DNA from: a virus
Direction: 5' to 3' (one strand)
DNA length: 64,000 bases
Virus record (IMG/VR): IMGVR_UViG_3300022696_000071
Location: 105,748 to 169,747 of that record
This document shows, piece by piece, positions 9,976 to 18,751 of this stretch. Position 1 is the first letter of the stretch, and each line of letters starts with the position of its first letter. The notes under the pieces were generated by a model. It ran no database searches and was not told the origin of the DNA. It saw only the letters and a list, made by a program, of their open reading frames with translations. A program made the translations under genes and the position numbers.

Positions 9976-10255
9976 TCATTCTCTATGTCATGGATAATCT
10001 TTTTCTTCTCCAATTACTTCGATTTGTGTTTTGTTAACGAAATCAGTGGAATTTTTATTATTTTTGTTATGTGGGGGGATTAATGGATACAGGTCATGTT
10101 ATGATGAATCAGGTCATTTTGGGGAGATTTTGATCAAAATCTATTCAATTTTCTCTATACGCTGATTAATGATTCCATAGTGAAAATTGAATAAAAAAAT
10201 TAGTTCGATTATTGTCGAATACTTTCTTTTTACTTCTCTGAATGATCTTTCTAAT

Positions 10256-10285
10256 TCACTATATATATATATTAATAGATAATCA
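10256..10285 (+). promoter_or_regulatory. promoter-like motif TTCACTATATATATATATTAATAGATAATC
   Basis: Upstream of 10316..10597. Confidence 0.45.
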
Positions 10286-10315
10286 TTAACCATTTTAATA
10301 AAAAAGGAGATAAGT

Positions 10316-10597
10316 ATGATTACATCAATGAAGGATTTAATGTTGTGGGGTCGATTTTTCATAGTTTCAATCACTGTCATTCTGGTGATTGAGATTGCAC
10401 GTATTGTGCACCCTACATTTCTGTGGGTGCATAAATACACGATAGTGGATTGGTTGCTTAATACCAATCCACTATTCCACCAGCGTCGTCGTAACCGGAT
10501 TATTAAAGGCTTTATCCGGGAGAGAACCATCATGCAGTATGATAGGTTCTCTCGATACGGGGTTATCCGCGTATTAATTCAGAATATACGCGGATGA
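10316..10597 (+). CDS. small membrane protein
   Basis: 93 aa. RBS AAAGGAGATAAG. Promoter motif at 10256-10285. Terminator at 10607-10646. Confidence 0.4.
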   Translation: MITSMKDLMLWGRFFIVSITVILVIEIARIVHPTFLWVHKYTIVDWLLNTNPLFHQRRRNRIIKGFIRERTIMQYDRFSRYGVIRVLIQNIRG

Positions 10598-10606
10598 GAA
10601 ACCCCC

Positions 10607-10646
10607 AAAAGAGATCATGGACTATACATCCATGGTCTCTTTTTTG
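10607..10646 (+). terminator. hairpin terminator with loop GGACTATACATCC
   Basis: AAAGAGATCATGGACTATACATCCATGGTCTCTTTTTT. A near-identical hairpin core occurs at 7302-7338. Confidence 0.5.
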
Positions 10647-11033
10647 TTGCAATGCACATAAAAAAATAAAATCAAGCTGAAATTATTTTTTTATCTCGAT
10701 CTGTCCTACCCGCACTATGTAAAAAGTTAATAACTCGAAAATTTGACGACATCAGAAATGGGTCATTTTCAACTATATGTGACCTGTATCTTTGAAAATA
10801 GCCTATTTTTCTTTTTTTATAAATTTATACGATTTAGAGTATAGAAACATAGGACCATTTGGGTGATTTCTGCATTGCACAAAAATGATAAATTACTATT
10901 ATATATAAATTATAGTATATTGCTTCAGAAGCTCTCAGATGCGCCACATTGAACGCAAGCATTGGTGCATACAAGTATATTCAGAATGGTGCGAACGTTG
11001 AATACAGGACATTGAATAGATGGGTTATATATT

Positions 11034-13004
11034 CTATTTCGTCAAAAGATTATAAATATCGTTTTCATCTCCATCTCTGAACAAATCAAATGTATTATTC
11101 ATTCCACCCTTCATATTCCCCATATTGGCCCTTATATAAGAATCCACTTTCTTTTTAAATGTATTAAACTCATTATTCATATATTCATCCAATAATGGTG
11201 CACCAAACCCATTTAACCCACGTATCAGATCAGTTGCATCTTCAGTTGGTGAATTCATTTCATTATATGTGCTATCAAAATTATCAAATGAATCTAATAC
11301 ATCCTTCCTATAATGCCTCACATAACATATAAAGCCCAAAGCCATTGCTAAATCGTCATGCAATCCAACATCAGCCTGTATCTTATTCCCTTTATCAACT
11401 AACCCACTTAATTCTAACGCTAATCTTTCTGATTTAACAATAGATGGATCTTCTATTATGTATTGATATAGAGAATCGAGTATTAATGGTCTTGTTTTAA
11501 CATTAGTAGATAGTCCTGGATAGAATTTCTTATGTCCTGTTTGTCCTCTCCACTCTCCATACATATTATACTCATATGATTCATCTCGTAATATCTCTTC
11601 TATTACTTGATTGCCATAGCTGTTGTTTTCTATGATCAGGATGGAGCGTGGATACAGTTTAGCTATATATTTGACTACAGTAGTAAAATCAAATACTGCC
11701 ATTTTCCCTTTAAACTCAGCAATTTGTTTCATATCAACAAATCTAAACACTTCTATCGTACTCCAATCACCATCCCCCAATCCACTCCCCGTATCAACCC
11801 CAATTAATACTTTAGAATCTTTATCAGTATGAGTATATCTAATGAACTCACCACCCTGTTGCGTCCAGCCGCTCTCAAACCCTTCAGAATCGTTTTCAAT
11901 GTTAACCCCTATCTTACCCCTTATCCAGCGTCTTTCAAGCGGTCTGACGTGTCTGGTGGTTTCTTGCAGCACTACAATCACATCATCATCAAATAAATTA
12001 TTACCAGATCCAACAAACTTCATCTCAAGTTCTTGATTTATCTTACGTTTATTATTCTGTAAGATTGCACACTGTTGATCATACCACTTTGGATCATTCT
12101 TGAATATCGGAATTTCAGACCAATGAATCTTATATGGTCTGAATGCAGAGAGAATAGCATCACCACCATCATCCACATTGGTAGTCAATACTGCCGAATC
12201 GGTAGTCAATACTGCCGACTTAGACGATTTATCAGCTTCTTCATTTGTCCTTCCCTCCCCCTCCCCACTCTTATCCTTTTTCCCACCTATTACATTAGAA
12301 CTCTTAGATAAATTATTGTTACTATCCAACCACAGCTTGTAATACCACTTTCCTATTCCCTGCTGACCATTCGGAGTTGATAATACGATGGTTCCATAGG
12401 GAATTCCACGCTCTTTAGCCACTTGTTGGGCATATGATAGGGTTGAACCGAGTCCAGTCCACGCTTCATCGATTTTCATAATGTGTGCAGCTTCGTCAAT
12501 TACTAGTAATCCGATAGATTTTGACCGAAAAACCGATCCTGGGTTAGACAAACTTACTGCTGTGGAGTGAAGTTGGCACCCATTTGTGGTACTAAAACTC
12601 TGAACGGACTTGTGTTTATACTGTGGTTTCAGATAGTTAGGGAGTTTGTCTACTATGTCTTCCACCTTCTTGCAAAAATCCGAGGATTCGGCGCCTGATC
12701 TACTCAGTACCCCGCTTACCAGGTTAGAATTAAAGGTACTGATATAAGCAATTATAAGTTGGCACAATGTACTAAAGCCGGTTTGTCTTGATTTGAGTAA
12801 AATCAAGTGATGATATTTAAAAAATGCACGAATGATTTCTTTTTGTGGTTCATAGAGTTTGGGTAATGTATCTCCACCAGCTAATGGTAGATAACAGCAT
12901 TCTTCCATGAATTTAATTGGATTGTTTTTATATTCTAAATACTTAGTTGCATATTTTAATGCGCTTCTTGATAATTTTTCAGTATTATCTTGTTGTATTT
13001 CCAT
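11034..13004 (-). CDS. terL: terminase large subunit (TerL): ATPase plus nuclease
   Basis: Walker A-like KSRQTGFST. Walker B LLVIDEAAH. Nuclease-domain motifs IGVDTGSGLGDGDWS and GLHDDLAMALGF. 656 aa. Contains a low-complexity K/E/S-rich insertion with an in-frame 21-bp tandem duplication. Confidence 0.85.
   Translation of the reverse strand: MEIQQDNTEKLSRSALKYATKYLEYKNNPIKFMEECCYLPLAGGDTLPKLYEPQKEIIRAFFKYHHLILLKSRQTGFSTLCQLIIAYISTFNSNLVSGVLSRSGAESSDFCKKVEDIVDKLPNYLKPQYKHKSVQSFSTTNGCQLHSTAVSLSNPGSVFRSKSIGLLVIDEAAHIMKIDEAWTGLGSTLSYAQQVAKERGIPYGTIVLSTPNGQQGIGKWYYKLWLDSNNNLSKSSNVIGGKKDKSGEGEGRTNEEADKSSKSAVLTTDSAVLTTNVDDGGDAILSAFRPYKIHWSEIPIFKNDPKWYDQQCAILQNNKRKINQELEMKFVGSGNNLFDDDVIVVLQETTRHVRPLERRWIRGKIGVNIENDSEGFESGWTQQGGEFIRYTHTDKDSKVLIGVDTGSGLGDGDWSTIEVFRFVDMKQIAEFKGKMAVFDFTTVVKYIAKLYPRSILIIENNSYGNQVIEEILRDESYEYNMYGEWRGQTGHKKFYPGLSTNVKTRPLILDSLYQYIIEDPSIVKSERLALELSGLVDKGNKIQADVGLHDDLAMALGFICYVRHYRKDVLDSFDNFDSTYNEMNSPTEDATDLIRGLNGFGAPLLDEYMNNEFNTFKKKVDSYIRANMGNMKGGMNNTFDLFRDGDENDIYNLLTK
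12181..12222 (-). repeat. in-frame 21-bp tandem duplication inside terL (GGTAGTCAATACTGCCGAATC / GGTAGTCAATACTGCCGACTT)
   Basis: Encodes SAVLTTD-SAVLTTN within a low-complexity insertion of TerL. Confidence 0.6.
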
Positions 13005-13258
13005 TTTTATTATCGTCTCTTTCTATTTTTATATATTAATATATACATATGTTATTTATATATGTATATTTACTGTCTGATGTATATACACATATTTGTC
13101 CTTCCGTGTATTGTTTCTCTTCCTCCCCTTTCACCCCCCATTTTTTTATTTATACATATATATACGTATAAATCATTCTTTTTCTTCTTTTATTTTTTTT
13201 ATATATTAATAGATATAATATAATCTTAATATAAATTAATCATAAAAAATTTAGGGGG

Positions 13259-13471
13259 ATGTGTATTATGACGACAATGGAAAATTTGTACATTTCCATG
13301 TACAAAAAGAACAGGGAAGAGTTTATCAGTGGCGTAGATGATTTAGCTATAGTGGCTGAATCTTATATGTCATTAGTTGATAGTGGGATAAATACTCGGC
13401 AAGATTTACATATTTGTCGAGTGATAATTAGATGGTTTAAAGAGAAGAGAGTGTGTAATCATTCTCTTTAA
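13259..13471 (+). CDS. small hypothetical protein (early-type gene)
   Basis: 70 aa. RBS TTAGGGGGAT. Promoter motif at 13200-13225. Terminator at 13486-13520. Confidence 0.4.
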   Translation: MCIMTTMENLYISMYKKNREEFISGVDDLAIVAESYMSLVDSGINTRQDLHICRVIIRWFKEKRVCNHSL

Positions 13472-13485
13472 ACTATTTAAAAAAA

Positions 13486-13520
13486 AGAGATATATATATG
13501 TACGTATATCTCTTTTTTTA
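13486..13520 (+). terminator. rho-independent terminator (AGAGATATATATATG/CGTATATCTCT plus T-run)
   Basis: Inverted repeat followed by TTTTTTT directly after the stop of 13259..13471. Confidence 0.55.
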
Positions 13521-13530
13521 TTGTTATATA

Positions 13531-13556
13531 TTCAGCTATATATATTAAATAATAAC
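13531..13556 (+). promoter_or_regulatory. conserved promoter-like motif TTCAGCTATATATATTAAATAATAAC
   Basis: Identical 26-mer at 14418-14443. Lies about 15-40 nt upstream of the RBS of 13570..13869. Confidence 0.5.
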
Positions 13557-13569
13557 AGATAAATATAAA

Positions 13570-13869
13570 TTGTATTTTTTCTATATATATATAATAATGG
13601 TTTGTGTGAAAAGAAAGGAGATATATAAAGAGATGAATAATTTAAGTGATAGTGTAAATACTATTTCTTCTTATATGATGACTGATATAGAGTTCTTAAT
13701 TATAGTCATTATTATTATTTTAATAATATTATTATTATTTGTTTATGTATTAATAAGTTATAAGATTAAAGAATATAAGATGAATAAGTATTTGAAATGG
13801 TATTATAGTAATAGACAGTATGGTGATGGATATAATAACAATAATCAACAGAAGAAGAGAAAGATATAA
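13570..13869 (+). CDS. small membrane protein
   Basis: 99 aa with a central TM helix (IIVIIIILIILLLFVYVLI). Promoter motif at 13531-13556. Confidence 0.4.
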   Translation: MYFFYIYIIMVCVKRKEIYKEMNNLSDSVNTISSYMMTDIEFLIIVIIIILIILLLFVYVLISYKIKEYKMNKYLKWYYSNRQYGDGYNNNNQQKKRKI

Positions 13870-13974
13870 AGAGATGAATATAATAGGAGAAGAGTGAAAG
13901 AATTACTTAAGGAACTCCCTCCTATTCCGTCTTCTAAGTTTGTGTAATCTGTAAATATATAAAGAAAAGGAGAT

Positions 13975-14331
13975 TTGATTATGTTTATGAGTATAGATAA
14001 GAATATGTATGAAGTTATTGATGAAATATTAAATAATGGACTCATGTTCAACACTGTTGTAACAAATCGAATAAAAAAGATGATCATCGTCAATGATTCA
14101 TCAAATTCGTTTAAACATATGTATTCAATGGAGTATGAGTATGAAGCAAAATGGAAAAACGAAGTGATGACATTGAGAATATTTCGGGATGATAATGAGC
14201 ATGTAGATTTATTCATACTTGTCATATATAAATCGCCTATCAGAAAAACAAATGTCAAAATTGAAAAGTGTGACGATACAATGAAAAACTTGAAAAAACA
14301 AGTTGAGTATATATGTAACAAAATGAAATAA
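13975..14331 (+). CDS. hypothetical protein
   Basis: 118 aa. RBS AAAGGAGATTTGATTATG. Terminator at 14348-14399. Confidence 0.45.
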   Translation: MIMFMSIDKNMYEVIDEILNNGLMFNTVVTNRIKKMIIVNDSSNSFKHMYSMEYEYEAKWKNEVMTLRIFRDDNEHVDLFILVIYKSPIRKTNVKIEKCDDTMKNLKKQVEYICNKMK

Positions 14332-14417
14332 TATTCAACTTTATATAAAAAAAGAGAGCTATATATTTATATGGTTTATATATAATTCTCTTTTTTTTGT
14401 TATATATTCATTATATA

Positions 14418-14443
14418 TTCAGCTATATATATTAAATAATAAC
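14418..14443 (+). promoter_or_regulatory. conserved promoter-like motif (identical copy of the 13531-13556 26-mer)
   Basis: Upstream of the small TM gene 14475..14633. Confidence 0.5.
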
Positions 14444-14474
14444 TAATAACCATTTATAAAAAAGGAGAATTAAT

Positions 14475-14633
14475 CATGACGACCTTCGTAGTAGTTTGTT
14501 TAGTTTTAATGGTAATAAGTGGTTTAATGTGGCTTGTTACAGAAGTCATGTTAAACCGGGATGCGGCAAGAGATGAAATAGCCGCAAAAAATCAACAGAA
14601 AAAGAAAATTGATGAGTTGTATGGAAGAAAATA
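14475..14633 (+). CDS. small single-TM protein (not in the supplied ORF track)
   Basis: Hand translation: MTTFVVVCLVLMVISGLMWLVTEVMLNRDAARDEIAAKNQQKKKIDELYGRK. RBS AAAAAGGAGAATTAATCATG. Promoter motif at 14418-14443 (identical 26-mer to 13531-13556). Terminator at 14650-14695. The antisense track ORF 14551..14790 is probably spurious. Confidence 0.45.
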
Positions 14634-14767
14634 AAAACTCATTGATTTTCAAAAAAAAGATTGCACAAGCGTCAACGTGTAATCTTTTTTTTGTTATATA
14701 TATTAAATAGTATACTAATTGATTTATGTTTAAATTTATATGATGAATTAGGAGAAATAGGAGAATT

Positions 14768-15403
14768 ATGATGAATTTTTTAGATGTCAATCGTAAAAGA
14801 GAAATTAATTTTTTAGACGCTGTTATGCTTATTATTGATACGATGATTAAATTTGATAATCATTTAATATTTCAGTTTCATAAATTAATTGGTCTTTTGA
14901 AAAATGATTATGAAAATAGTAACGTTAAATCATTTTTTAAAAATATAAATAAATATGGAGTCGTAACTACATGTATATATTCAACATATAATAGTGATTG
15001 TAAAAAATTTCAATGTAAATTAAATGAACTTGATTTTAAAATATCTAAAATATTTGTATTAAAACGTAAAAATTATGAAATCATAATTGCAGAGAATGCA
15101 GTAACTAAAAACTCACATATATCGGTGGTGGGAGGAGGAGGATTGATGAAAATGGATAATGTTATGCTTGAAGCGAAAAAGACGTTAGAGATACTTAACT
15201 CGTTGAAAAAGAGACTAAGTGCTGATTTGGGAGATGATCGAATCATTATTAGATATAAGTGTATATCTGATAATAAATATTCTGTCGATCACATATCGGA
15301 AGATGAATATAAAAAGTTGTTTGAGAAACATGAACTCGTTTTGATGTCAACTCCAGAAAAATTACAATCATATATAAAGTCTACGATATGGGTGGAGGAT
15401 TAG
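14768..15403 (+). CDS. hypothetical protein
   Basis: 211 aa. RBS AGGAGAAATAGGAGAATTATG. Promoter motif at 14693-14715. Confidence 0.45.
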   Translation: MMNFLDVNRKREINFLDAVMLIIDTMIKFDNHLIFQFHKLIGLLKNDYENSNVKSFFKNINKYGVVTTCIYSTYNSDCKKFQCKLNELDFKISKIFVLKRKNYEIIIAENAVTKNSHISVVGGGGLMKMDNVMLEAKKTLEILNSLKKRLSADLGDDRIIIRYKCISDNKYSVDHISEDEYKKLFEKHELVLMSTPEKLQSYIKSTIWVED

Positions 15404-15407
15404 AGAA

Positions 15408-15770
15408 ATGATTAATTGTGGTGTCAATATTGAAAATAATAGATATGTATCATCGTTTATTGGTAAAGTTAGCAGACATGATGATTATAAGATCTTCATG
15501 AATGCTGTAATTAATATCTATAAAATGAGACGTTCCAGAAGGAAATATAATGGAACATTGATAACTCATAGAACCATGTTATGTATGGGTGTATATAATG
15601 GTGTTGTCGTGACTGAATATATTGTTACGATTGATAATTTTGAAGATGAAAAAACAGTTCTTCATGTTGTCAGTTATAATGGTGATGATATAGAATTTCA
15701 TATAACCACATCAGTGTATTCAGTTAAACGTGAAGTTGAATCAGTGTATGGGAAGATATATTGGGGATGA
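15408..15770 (+). CDS. hypothetical protein
   Basis: 120 aa. RBS TGGGTGGAGGATTAGAGAAATG. Operonic with the neighbouring genes. Confidence 0.45.
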   Translation: MINCGVNIENNRYVSSFIGKVSRHDDYKIFMNAVINIYKMRRSRRKYNGTLITHRTMLCMGVYNGVVVTEYIVTIDNFEDEKTVLHVVSYNGDDIEFHITTSVYSVKREVESVYGKIYWG

Positions 15771-15779
15771 GGAATCATT

Positions 15780-15983
15780 ATGGAGAAAGAAGATGTTTCA
15801 ATTATAGTTGGTTCCAGACATGATGTTATTAATATAAAACATTATATGTACGGAACTGAAGAATGGAAAATGAGACAAAAACAAATAAAAATGCGTACTA
15901 AAGAGTTGAATAAACAGTACGCGAATCATGAATTTCGTAATACGATTGTTGCGAAATTCATAATGAAAGAGTTTATTCTGTAA
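15780..15983 (+). CDS. small hypothetical protein
   Basis: 67 aa. RBS-like GGGGATGAGGAATCATTATG. Confidence 0.35.
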   Translation: MEKEDVSIIVGSRHDVINIKHYMYGTEEWKMRQKQIKMRTKELNKQYANHEFRNTIVAKFIMKEFIL

Positions 15984-16114
15984 TCGAACTCGTTCATAAT
16001 TAAAAAAGATGATTGATTAGAGTTATATATCACTCATCTTTTTTTATTTAATTCCATCATATATATTAATATATAACCATTAACCAGTTTAACCATATAT
16101 AAAGGAGGAATGGT

Positions 16115-16552
16115 ATGATGATGGAAATTGTTGGGAACATGGTTGAAAATGTAGTTTTTAATCTTCTCGAACTCAAAGAGGAGATGAAACAAAGAATGGA
16201 GGCTGGTAAAGTCGCCATTTTAATGCAGAAGATCGACGTTGTCTCTTCTACGAGTTCATCGAATGATGGGGACGTATTCGATGGGCTTAACATTGACGTT
16301 CTCAAGACGCCGGAAAAGATAATGGAAAAGTACGGCGTCGAGTTCCCCAACTATCCCATAGTCGAATCCACCGACGACTATGGGCTGGTGTGGTGGACCG
16401 ATGTGTCTAAGTTGGATCAGGATGAGATTATGAAGTTTAAGATCATTCTGATCGCCATCAATAACGTTAAAGATGGCTCCACTGCCGAAACCACTTGGCT
16501 TCGGCAGTGGCACAAATGGGTTGAGCGGAATGGGCAATGCGATCCGATTTAG
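16115..16552 (+). CDS. hypothetical acidic protein
   Basis: 145 aa. RBS ATAAAGGAGGAATGGTATG. Promoter motif at 16064-16090. Confidence 0.45.
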   Translation: MMMEIVGNMVENVVFNLLELKEEMKQRMEAGKVAILMQKIDVVSSTSSSNDGDVFDGLNIDVLKTPEKIMEKYGVEFPNYPIVESTDDYGLVWWTDVSKLDQDEIMKFKIILIAINNVKDGSTAETTWLRQWHKWVERNGQCDPI

Positions 16553-16609
16553 CATTGCCCGAAAATTAGCTACGATGATTGTATATATCGTGGCTAATTT
16601 TTTATACGA

Positions 16610-16634
16610 TTCACTATATATATTAAGTAATAAC
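16610..16634 (+). promoter_or_regulatory. conserved promoter-like motif TTCACTATATATATTAAGTAATAAC
   Basis: Identical 25-mer at 17410-17434. Upstream of mini-gene 16670..16834. Confidence 0.5.
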
Positions 16635-16669
16635 ATAGTAAATAAATTATCAAGAAAGGAGGTGAGAAC

Positions 16670-16834
16670 TATGTTAAGCGGTTTCTTTAAAGCCGCTGGT
16701 TGGGTGGCAGGGGCAACCTTGTCCGCCTACGCCAGCGTGAAACTCGTCGAGCACTGTGAGAGAGTGCTCGACGAGAATCGGGAAATGCGGAAGCGTCTGG
16801 GGATCGAAGATCCCCTCAAGACTTCCACTTCCAA
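16670..16834 (+). CDS. small Gly/Ala-rich amphipathic peptide (GC-rich mini-gene)
   Basis: MLSGFFKAAGWVAGATLSAYAS... (55 aa). RBS AAAGGAGGTGAGAACTATG. Promoter motif at 16610-16634. Hairpin terminator at about 16848-16900. Internal start of track ORF 16473..16841. Confidence 0.4.
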
Positions 16835-16955
16835 AAAATAACCTCTACGAAAAAAAGGACCCAGATATATTGTCTGTATATGTATCTGTGGTTCTTTTTT
16901 TGTTATATATTAAATTATAACTTTAAACCATTTTATTTATATAGGAGATGTTATT

Positions 16956-17285
16956 ATGGGTAAAATCTCTATTAAAACGTTTTGGATCGCATTTTGGACA
17001 GTTGCAACTATATCGGTAGGAAGTATCTTGATCTGGTTTGTAATTCAGATGGGATTTCAATTGTATATTAATAAAGAATATAACAATCCTCCCATCACAT
17101 CATCATCATCAGTTAAAAATGATAAAACAATAATGTTCGACAATGGGATTGAAATGAATGTTGGATGTAATAAAGAATATGGCATTATTTGTTTTTTCAG
17201 TCATTCAAACACGTTGCAGTACGCCTCATGTGTACCTCTCACCTCAGATTCAAATCAAAAATTATACTCATTATGTTCAGAATGA
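16956..17285 (+). CDS. small membrane protein
   Basis: 109 aa. N-terminal TM (FWIAFWTVATISVGSILIWFVI). RBS ATAGGAGATG. Promoter motif at 16902-16921. Perfect hairpin terminator at 17295-17335. Confidence 0.45.
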   Translation: MGKISIKTFWIAFWTVATISVGSILIWFVIQMGFQLYINKEYNNPPITSSSSVKNDKTIMFDNGIEMNVGCNKEYGIICFFSHSNTLQYASCVPLTSDSNQKLYSLCSE

Positions 17286-17294
17286 GTATAAAAA

Positions 17295-17335
17295 AGAGAA
17301 AATTGGTGAAATATATGCCAATTTTCTCTTTTTTT
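17295..17335 (+). terminator. rho-independent terminator (perfect 12-bp stem AGAGAAAATTGG/CCAATTTTCTCT plus T7)
   Basis: Directly after the stop of 16956..17285. Confidence 0.6.
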
Positions 17336-17351
17336 GTTATTTTTTACCATA

Positions 17352-17397
17352 TTTCACTATATATATAAAATTGTAATATCTGCCGTAGGCAGTAGAG
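17352..17397 (+). repeat. conserved hairpin element copy C (TTTCACTATATATATAAAATTGTAATATCTGCCGTAGGCAGTAGAG)
   Basis: Plus orientation. Immediately upstream of the promoter motif at 17410. Confidence 0.5.
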
Positions 17398-17409
17398 ACG
17401 TTTTTCAAA

Positions 17410-17434
17410 TTCACTATATATATTAAGTAATAAC
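17410..17434 (+). promoter_or_regulatory. conserved promoter-like motif (identical copy of the 16610-16634 25-mer)
   Basis: Upstream of mini-gene 17471..17638. Confidence 0.5.
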
Positions 17435-17470
17435 ACAACCAATAACTCATTAACTTAAAAGGAGGAAGTT

Positions 17471-17638
17471 ATGAACATGAATGGATGGGCGAAATTCGGT
17501 ATGGCGGTAGGTGCAGTTGTGGTTGCGAATATAGCGTGCGCCGCCGCAGCAGGGACGTGGAACATGGTGAAAAACGCGGCCACTGCTGCTCGCGAGCAGC
17601 AGGAATCGATCGATGCGGCAAAGAAGGCGGCTAACTAA
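17471..17638 (+). CDS. small Gly/Ala-rich peptide (GC-rich mini-gene)
   Basis: Hand translation: MNMNGWAKFGMAVGAVVVANIACAAAAGTWNMVKNAATAAREQQESIDAAKKAAN. RBS AAAAGGAGGAAGTTATG. Promoter motif at 17410-17434. A 19-bp-stem inverted-repeat terminator at 17641-17714. Track ORF 17450..17674 (minus) is antisense to this and is rejected. Confidence 0.45.
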   Translation: MNMNGWAKFGMAVGAVVVANIACAAAAGTWNMVKNAATAAREQQESIDAAKKAAN

Positions 17639-17640
17639 CC

Positions 17641-17714
17641 CCCAACCCCAACCTATCTCACTCTCAGCCGGCATGCATCCCGCTTACGCCCAAGAGTGAG
17701 ATAGGTTGGGGTTA
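17641..17714 (+). terminator. long inverted repeat (about 19-bp stem CCCAACCTATCTCACTCT ... AGAGTGAGATAGGTTGGGG); probable terminator
   Basis: Immediately 3' of mini-gene 17471..17638. Confidence 0.5.
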
Positions 17715-17750
17715 ACTTAAAGTTAAATTTTTTGTTCATGATTTTATTTT

Positions 17751-17774
17751 TTTCTATATATATTAAATTATAAC
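17751..17774 (+). promoter_or_regulatory. promoter-like motif TTTCTATATATATTAAATTATAAC
   Basis: Upstream of 17811..18107. A near-identical copy at 22977-23000 lies upstream of 23028..23399. Confidence 0.45.
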
Positions 17775-17810
17775 GAACAAAAATTTATTAACTATTTTAA
17801 AAGGAGAGTT

Positions 17811-18107
17811 ATGATGTTTATTTCGATTATTCTTTCTGTTGTGTTAATGCTTAAATTTTTTATTTTCGTTCGATATAGATTATCATGGAATGGATCATAT
17901 ATCATATCATGGAAAATAGTATATAAATCGATTTTAAATATAAGAAATAGACATAAATTAAAATTGATAAAGAGTGGAAATAATTACATAACATTAAGAA
18001 ATAGCATGATAAAAGATTTAAATTCATGTAAAACATGGGAAGATCGTAATAGTGTAGGTGACGCGATTAATGCTCTCGATTATGTTTATAAACTTGAAAA
18101 AATATAA
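17811..18107 (+). CDS. small membrane protein
   Basis: 98 aa. N-terminal TM. RBS AAAGGAGAGTTATG. Promoter motif at 17751-17774. Confidence 0.4.
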   Translation: MMFISIILSVVLMLKFFIFVRYRLSWNGSYIISWKIVYKSILNIRNRHKLKLIKSGNNYITLRNSMIKDLNSCKTWEDRNSVGDAINALDYVYKLEKI

Positions 18108-18121
18108 AGGGTAATTCTATT

Positions 18122-18400
18122 ATGTGTCTTAATCGTATGAAAGAAGTCAGTGATGATTATTTGATTCGATTGGTACGATATAATGAATCTAATAATATTT
18201 TCATTGGATGGAAATCATTTGTTATTGATGAATCAACGGGAAAATTAACATGCCCGCGTATTATAATAATTATCCTGAGCCTCCTCTACTATACAACAAA
18301 TGGGTTTATTCTGGTGCATCTGTTGATAAGGGATATGAGGAGAGAGGGTGGCATGTGTTTACTGAATACAAAGATGCCAATTCACTTACTAAAACTATGA
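18122..18400 (+). CDS. hypothetical protein; the 3' part overlaps the next ORF in another frame
   Basis: 92-aa ORF. Only the first ~45 codons look protein-like. The downstream ORF 18250..18594 begins inside it. Confidence 0.3.
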   Translation: MCLNRMKEVSDDYLIRLVRYNESNNIFIGWKSFVIDESTGKLTCPRIIIIILSLLYYTTNGFILVHLLIRDMRREGGMCLLNTKMPIHLLKL

Positions 18401-18594
18401 ATTATAATAGTGTTAGTAAATACTATTATCATGGAACTCGACCAATACTATTTCGAAAAGAAGACATAATAGTAGTTGGTAAAAATATGGTTGATAAAAG
18501 TGTCATTGCATTATCTCATATGAAAATTTTAAGAATGAGTGAAATAAATGAATTTAAAATAGCATCTGAAATAAGAAGGATAGATAACTTATGA
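18250..18594 (+). CDS. hypothetical protein
   Basis: 114 aa. Protein-like composition throughout. GGAAAA purine run upstream of the ATG. Confidence 0.4.
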   Translation: MPAYYNNYPEPPLLYNKWVYSGASVDKGYEERGWHVFTEYKDANSLTKTMNYNSVSKYYYHGTRPILFRKEDIIVVGKNMVDKSVIALSHMKILRMSEINEFKIASEIRRIDNL

Positions 18595-18751
18595 ACTGGG
18601 AGGATAACTGGAAGACAACAGAATAATTATATCCATAAATGGTAATGGGATACTGAGTTTGTTTTATATGAATGTTTGGGGATATAATTACGAATGCGTA
18701 ATTAAGAAAAGAAGAATTATCGAAAGTTAGCAAATATGTATTTTAAACCCA

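Noticed and set aside
10141-10533. Minus-strand ORF overlapping 10316..10597
   Set aside because: The plus-strand gene has an RBS, promoter motif and terminator. The minus ORF has none.
11607-12311. Several short plus-strand ORFs inside terL
   Set aside because: Antisense to a well-supported full-length TerL. Proline/serine-rich junk translations.
14551-14790. Track ORF on the minus strand (79 aa)
   Set aside because: Antisense to a plus-strand gene that has its own RBS, promoter motif and terminator. Low-complexity translation.
16256-16636. Minus-strand ORFs 16066..16350 and 16256..16636
   Set aside because: Antisense to 16115..16552, which has a strong RBS and promoter. No translation signals of their own.
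17450-17674. Track ORF on the minus strand (74 aa)
   Set aside because: Antisense to the plus-strand mini-gene 17471..17638, which has a perfect RBS plus promoter motif. It is an artefact of local GC-richness.
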